From the NCBI GenBank assembly GCA_001695645.1, contig LVZN01000033.1:1-5087 (forward strand): DNA of 5,087 bases, read 5' to 3'. The translations under genes and the position numbers were made by a program. Below, one piece after another: positions 1 through 5,087 of this stretch (position 1 is its first letter; every line of letters begins with the position of its first letter). Below the pieces are notes generated by a model, which was not told the DNA's origin, made no database searches, and saw nothing but the letters and a program-made list of their open reading frames with translations. Source of the DNA: Erysipelotrichaceae bacterium MTC7. GTDB taxonomy: Bacteria > Bacillota_I > Bacilli_A > Erysipelotrichales > Erysipelotrichaceae.

Positions 1-23
1 GGCACGGTTGAGAAACTGATGCT

Positions 24-81
24 AAAAAAGAAGTGATTAGATCTTTTAAAACTGAATAGGAAACGTCAATTTCGAAACAAA
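24..81 (+). promoter_or_regulatory. 16S leader: boxA-like antitermination-type module plus the 5' strand of the 16S precursor processing stem
   Basis: Bases 35-64 pair antiparallel with 1746-1775. The core tcttttaaaactgaatagg (42-60) pairs with cctatttagttttgaaaga (1750-1768) over 19 bp, including 2 G-U pairs. A second helix pairs 71-81 with 1726-1736 (ttcgaaacaaa / tttgtttcgag-type). The motif agatcttt(t/g)aaaactgaata resembles the Firmicute rrn boxA (tgttctttgaaaact, from memory). It recurs at 1781-1814. Confidence 0.7.
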
Positions 82-137
82 AATTCACGGAAAACAAAAA
101 CAACTAAAACACGCAAAGTCGTGTTCATATGAGCAAA

Positions 138-1707
<1,570 letters not shown>

Positions 1708-1725
1708 AGGAGAAAGTACACAACA

Positions 1726-1775
1726 TTGTTTCGAGCATATTGAAAGTTTCCTATTTAGTTTTGAAAGACTTAGTC
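1726..1775 (+). promoter_or_regulatory. 3' strand of the 16S precursor processing stem (likely RNase III-type substrate)
   Basis: It is complementary to leader bases 35-81, as detailed for that feature. It starts about 20 nt after the mature 16S 3' end. Confidence 0.7.
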
Positions 1776-1780
1776 TTTCG

Positions 1781-1828
1781 AAAAAAGAAGTTAGATCTTT
1801 GAAAACTGAATAACAGAAGACATTAGAG
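1781..1828 (+). promoter_or_regulatory. Spacer boxA-like module plus the 5' strand of the 23S precursor processing stem
   Basis: aaaaaagaagttagatctttgaaaactgaataac (1781-1814) is a ~90% direct repeat of leader 24-60. Bases 1786-1816 pair with 4970-5001. The core is 1796-1816 against 4970-4990: 21 positions with 1 G-G mismatch and 2 G-U pairs. Further pairing runs 1819-1824 with 4962-4967 and 1825-1828 with 4954-4957. Confidence 0.7.
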
Positions 1829-2017
1829 AAGAAGAATGTTATATAACATGAGTCTTTTCGAATAGTTTGTAAGATAAAATCGAGAAAAACAGTCGTTACG
1901 TTTAATAAAAATGTAACAACAACAGTCTCTGATATGAAAATATTAGAAAAAACAAGACAGTTATCGAAATAAAATACGCTATAAACAAACACACTAAATT
2001 TTGAAAAATTGGTAAGT

Positions 2018-4924
<2,907 letters not shown>

Positions 4925-5004
4925 ACAATACGAAAAGATAGTGGTATATAAACCTCTAGAAAATGTTAACTGTTATTTAGTTTTGAAGGAACTAACCTTC
5001 TAGA
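4925..5004 (+). other. 23S-5S spacer
   Basis: This is a short AT-rich stretch between the 23S terminal helix and the 5S 5' end. Most of it is the 3' strand of the 23S processing stem. Confidence 0.85.
4954..5001 (+). promoter_or_regulatory. 3' strand of the 23S precursor processing stem
   Basis: It is complementary to 1786-1828 (see that feature). It contains tatttagttttgaa (4974-4987), which is identical to 1752-1765 in the 16S trailer. Confidence 0.7.
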
Positions 5005-5087
5005 TCTGGTGATGATGGCAAAGTGGACACACCTGTTCCCATCTCGAACACAGAAGTTAAGCACTTTAACGGCGACGATAGCTTGGC
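5005..5087 (+). rRNA. rrf: 5S ribosomal RNA, 5' ~83 nt only (truncated by window end)
   Basis: tctggtgatgatggcaaagtggacacacctgttcccatctcgaacacagaagttaagcactttaacggcgacgatagc aligns base for base with the remembered Firmicute 5S pattern (tttggtggcgatagcgaagaggtcacacccgttcccataccgaacacggaagttaagc...). The position directly downstream of 23S fits. Confidence 0.9.

Larger units (their letters stand above)
1708..2017 (+). other. 16S-23S internal transcribed spacer, AT-rich, no tRNA gene
   Basis: It lies between the 16S anti-SD end and the 23S 5' terminal helix. I found no cloverleaf signature: no T-arm ggttcga-type box and no acceptor stem complementarity. It contains the processing-stem strands and small hairpins, including the perfect palindrome atgttatataacat at 1836-1849 and gttacgt/atgtaac at 1895-1917. 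Confidence 0.9.

Noticed and set aside
8-36. Possible rrn promoter (ttgaga at 8-13)
   Set aside because: No acceptable -10 hexamer follows at a 16-18 nt spacing, and I see no UP-element pattern that I can defend. The real promoter is probably upstream of the window.
1708-2017. Spacer tRNA genes (tRNA-Ile / tRNA-Ala)
   Set aside because: No T-loop ggttcga-type box, acceptor-stem complementarity or anticodon-arm pattern is visible. The spacer is too AT-rich and unstructured in the relevant way.

Overview
The whole window is one ribosomal RNA operon on the + strand. It runs: 16S leader (1-137), 16S rRNA (~138-1707), a 310-nt AT-rich 16S-23S spacer with no tRNA (1708-2017), 23S rRNA (~2018-4924), an 80-nt 23S-5S spacer (4925-5004), and the first ~83 nt of 5S rRNA (5005-5087, cut by the window end). 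Long-range complementary flanks bracket both 16S and 23S and look like precursor-processing stems. Their 5' strands carry a duplicated boxA-like module. Every ORF in the supplied track lies inside or antisense to rRNA or spacer, so I call no CDS. Several 16S signatures (ggcggcatgcc, gcaaataggattagataccctagtagtcc, cgtcaaacc, gtatccctacgggaacgtggggatgg) together with the AT-rich spacers suggest a low-GC Firmicute of the Erysipelotrichia / Mollicutes-related lineage. That placement is from memory only and has low resolution. I find no protein-based or otherwise novel system here; this is an ordinary housekeeping locus. What merits a second look is at the RNA level. Several single-base departures fall at normally near-invariant 23S functional nucleotides: the A-loop (position 2555), position 2032, and the GTPase-associated-centre loops. 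Two apparent U-C mismatches sit in conserved domain II helices. The processing-stem modules are paralogous and could cross-pair. An SD mimic abuts the 16S 3' end, and the 16S V1 helix is expanded. All E. coli numbering was derived by hand from remembered reference sequence and needs confirmation by alignment.
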